From Eukaryota sp. GEM-RC1 (lineage: Eukaryota), in assembly GCA_040285855.1 (NCBI GenBank), contig JAUFOQ010000004.1:2046001-2110000 (forward strand): a stretch of 64,000 nt of DNA. The letters run 5' to 3'. Shown here piece by piece: positions 62,136 through 64,000 of this stretch; position 1 is the first letter of the stretch; each line of letters starts with the position of its first letter. The position numbers and the translations under genes were made by a program. The notes beneath the pieces were generated by a model that was not told where the DNA came from, made no database searches, and worked only from the letters and a program-made list of their open reading frames with translations.

Positions 62136-63505
62136 AGCTTAACCAAATTGTTGATCTAGATGTAGACAAACAAGTTTCTTTTACTATGCTGCAAGTTTGT
62201 CTTGGTGCCGAATTATCTCGTGGTTTCAATTCATTGCGCACAATTTCGTTAGTTATCTGGTTGGTAACAAAGACTCTTCACTTCCTTCTCATTGTTTCAC
62301 TTCTACTTCTTTTGGTGGTATTGATTTCACGAAAGCTAAGTACATGCGTGATGGTGCCTTTTTGGGGTCTTTAAAGAAATTTTTGTTTGAATTTCAGAAT
62401 CGTTATCCTGTGTTATGGAAAACGAAAGATTTTTCACTCACCTTGTACATGGTTAATTAGTCTTCAAAATTTAATTGATAATCTTGACTCCAATTTGTGG
62501 TCAGATTTATTTCCTGTTGGGGTAACAGAAATTCAGCAGAGAAGCATTTTCTCTTTGCCTTTGTGTGTTCGCAAGTTACAGAAGAAGTTTGTTTTGTTTC
62601 ACGAAAGCTTGGACTTTAAAAACCGTATTAGCTTGGCTAAGACTAAGAGTCCCGCTTTTTGTGCTTTTTTGAATGATATTTCTTCAAGGGCTGCGTCTTC
62701 TTTTGTTTCTCGTTTGCCAAGAAAATTTTGTTTTAATCTTAAGGATCATGAATGGCTTATAAACATGAGACTTAGGTTAGGTTTATGGCCTTCAGGTCTC
62801 TTGAAGCATTCTCCATGTCTTTGTGGTCGTTCAAAGGCTTCAAATTTTCATCATTTAGTTAACTGTCATCAATTTATTCATTTTCGATCAATTATTCACA
62901 ACAGTATCCGGGATACATGTTTGGATATGTTTAAGGCTAATGGTTTTCATGGAAAAATTGAACCTTTACTTGCTAATCTTTCTGATCAGCCAAAAGTTGA
63001 TAGAAGTCGTGGTGATTTGATTGGTCCTTGGTTATCTTGTCAGGAAATTATCATGGATTTCACGACTGTTGATCCTTGTAATTCAAGATCAATTTCAAAA
63101 AAATTTGATGATGATTTTTCGGCTCTTGAAGTGGCTGAAAAAGGAAAAAATACAACGTACTGTCACTTAATTAACCAATTGAATGTTGACAGGTACAATT
63201 CTTTGTGTTTCAACCTTTTGCGGTGTCGATATACGGGAATATTGGACCAGCTGCACAAGGTTTTTTAACTTCCTTTGGTAAATTGTGTTCTGAGTATGGT
63301 AAAGTTTTCAATGAAAATTTTTGGTTGAGTAGGTTAACGTTTGCGTTGTTTCGTTCAATGCACAGATATTTTAATTCAATTTTAGGTAAGTTGTTCGGTG
63401 ATGGACAGAAGGATCATAGTTTAGATACTTTAGTTAGTGTCTGTTAGTTATTAACTTCTGCAAATGCATTTATGTCACTGACTGATCATAAACCCCGTTT
63501 TTTTT
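62136..63505 (+). mobile_element. 5'-truncated RLE non-LTR retrotransposon (sibling of 40146-42800)
   Basis: ORFs 62387-63268 and 63205-63447 are nearly identical to 40203-41156; shared 3' UTR ends in cataaaccccg(T)n. Confidence 0.9.
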
Positions 63506-64000
63506 ATTGTGAGTGTAAAGAAAAGACATTGATGTACAAGCCACACTGTTAGCCTTTCTTCCAAACCCAAATATCAGTTTAAATGTTCCTGTGAATTGAA
63601 GCAAATTTCATCTTGAATAATTGAAGACTCAGATGTAGTTTCCCACTAATTGAGAAGTATAAGTCAAAAGTCTATCAATTCCAAATCCAGAGAGTTCCTA
63701 CTAGTATTTGTACTCACGAGCTTTTATGCAGAACACACTTCGTATAATTTAGACCATTTTCATACAATAGCTTGGAAACATTCAACAACAAAAACACCAC
63801 ATCCACCCTTTCGAAATTTACAACACGTTCAGAACACGTTCACACTCAACACCGTGTTCAAACACGCCCGGTGTTTTGTGTACTATGGTTCAGATACTTC
63901 CCAAAATGTCCTTCAGGCTTGACTCATCATCTCTCCTCGTTACTCTGTTTCATGACGGACTCTTTCATGATGTTGAGGTTACTCTCGAAAACCAGCGATT

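Overview
AT-rich, apparently intron-poor eukaryotic (probably protist) DNA; the organism cannot be identified from this window. Positions 1-24.4 kb are a minus-strand tandem array with two full-length RING/B-box/B-box/coiled-coil/LRR (TRIM-like) genes. The other nine units are 5'-truncated cassettes lacking the gene's start codon and upstream flank, all cut at the same nucleotide and separated by a near-invariant ~1.0 kb spacer. The cassettes differ almost only in the number (6-14) and predicted concave-face residues of 84-nt LRR modules, and diagnostic SNPs show mosaicism, unequal crossover and short patch exchange. This is a candidate diversifying LRR-receptor/E3-ligase system. Positions 24.4-51.3 kb hold five dispersed LRR paralogs with different N-terminal domain content among many transposon remnants: pogo, three hAT derivatives, RLE-type non-LTR retrotransposons and a gag-only LTR element. 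They also hold a coiled-coil repeat gene. Positions 51.8-60.6 kb hold a ZNFX1-like helicase with an inserted CCCH cluster and a SAPS/PP6-regulatory-subunit gene. Further non-LTR retrotransposon pieces end the window. Frequent single-base frameshifts, several in homopolymers, suggest consensus errors, so pseudogene calls are tentative.
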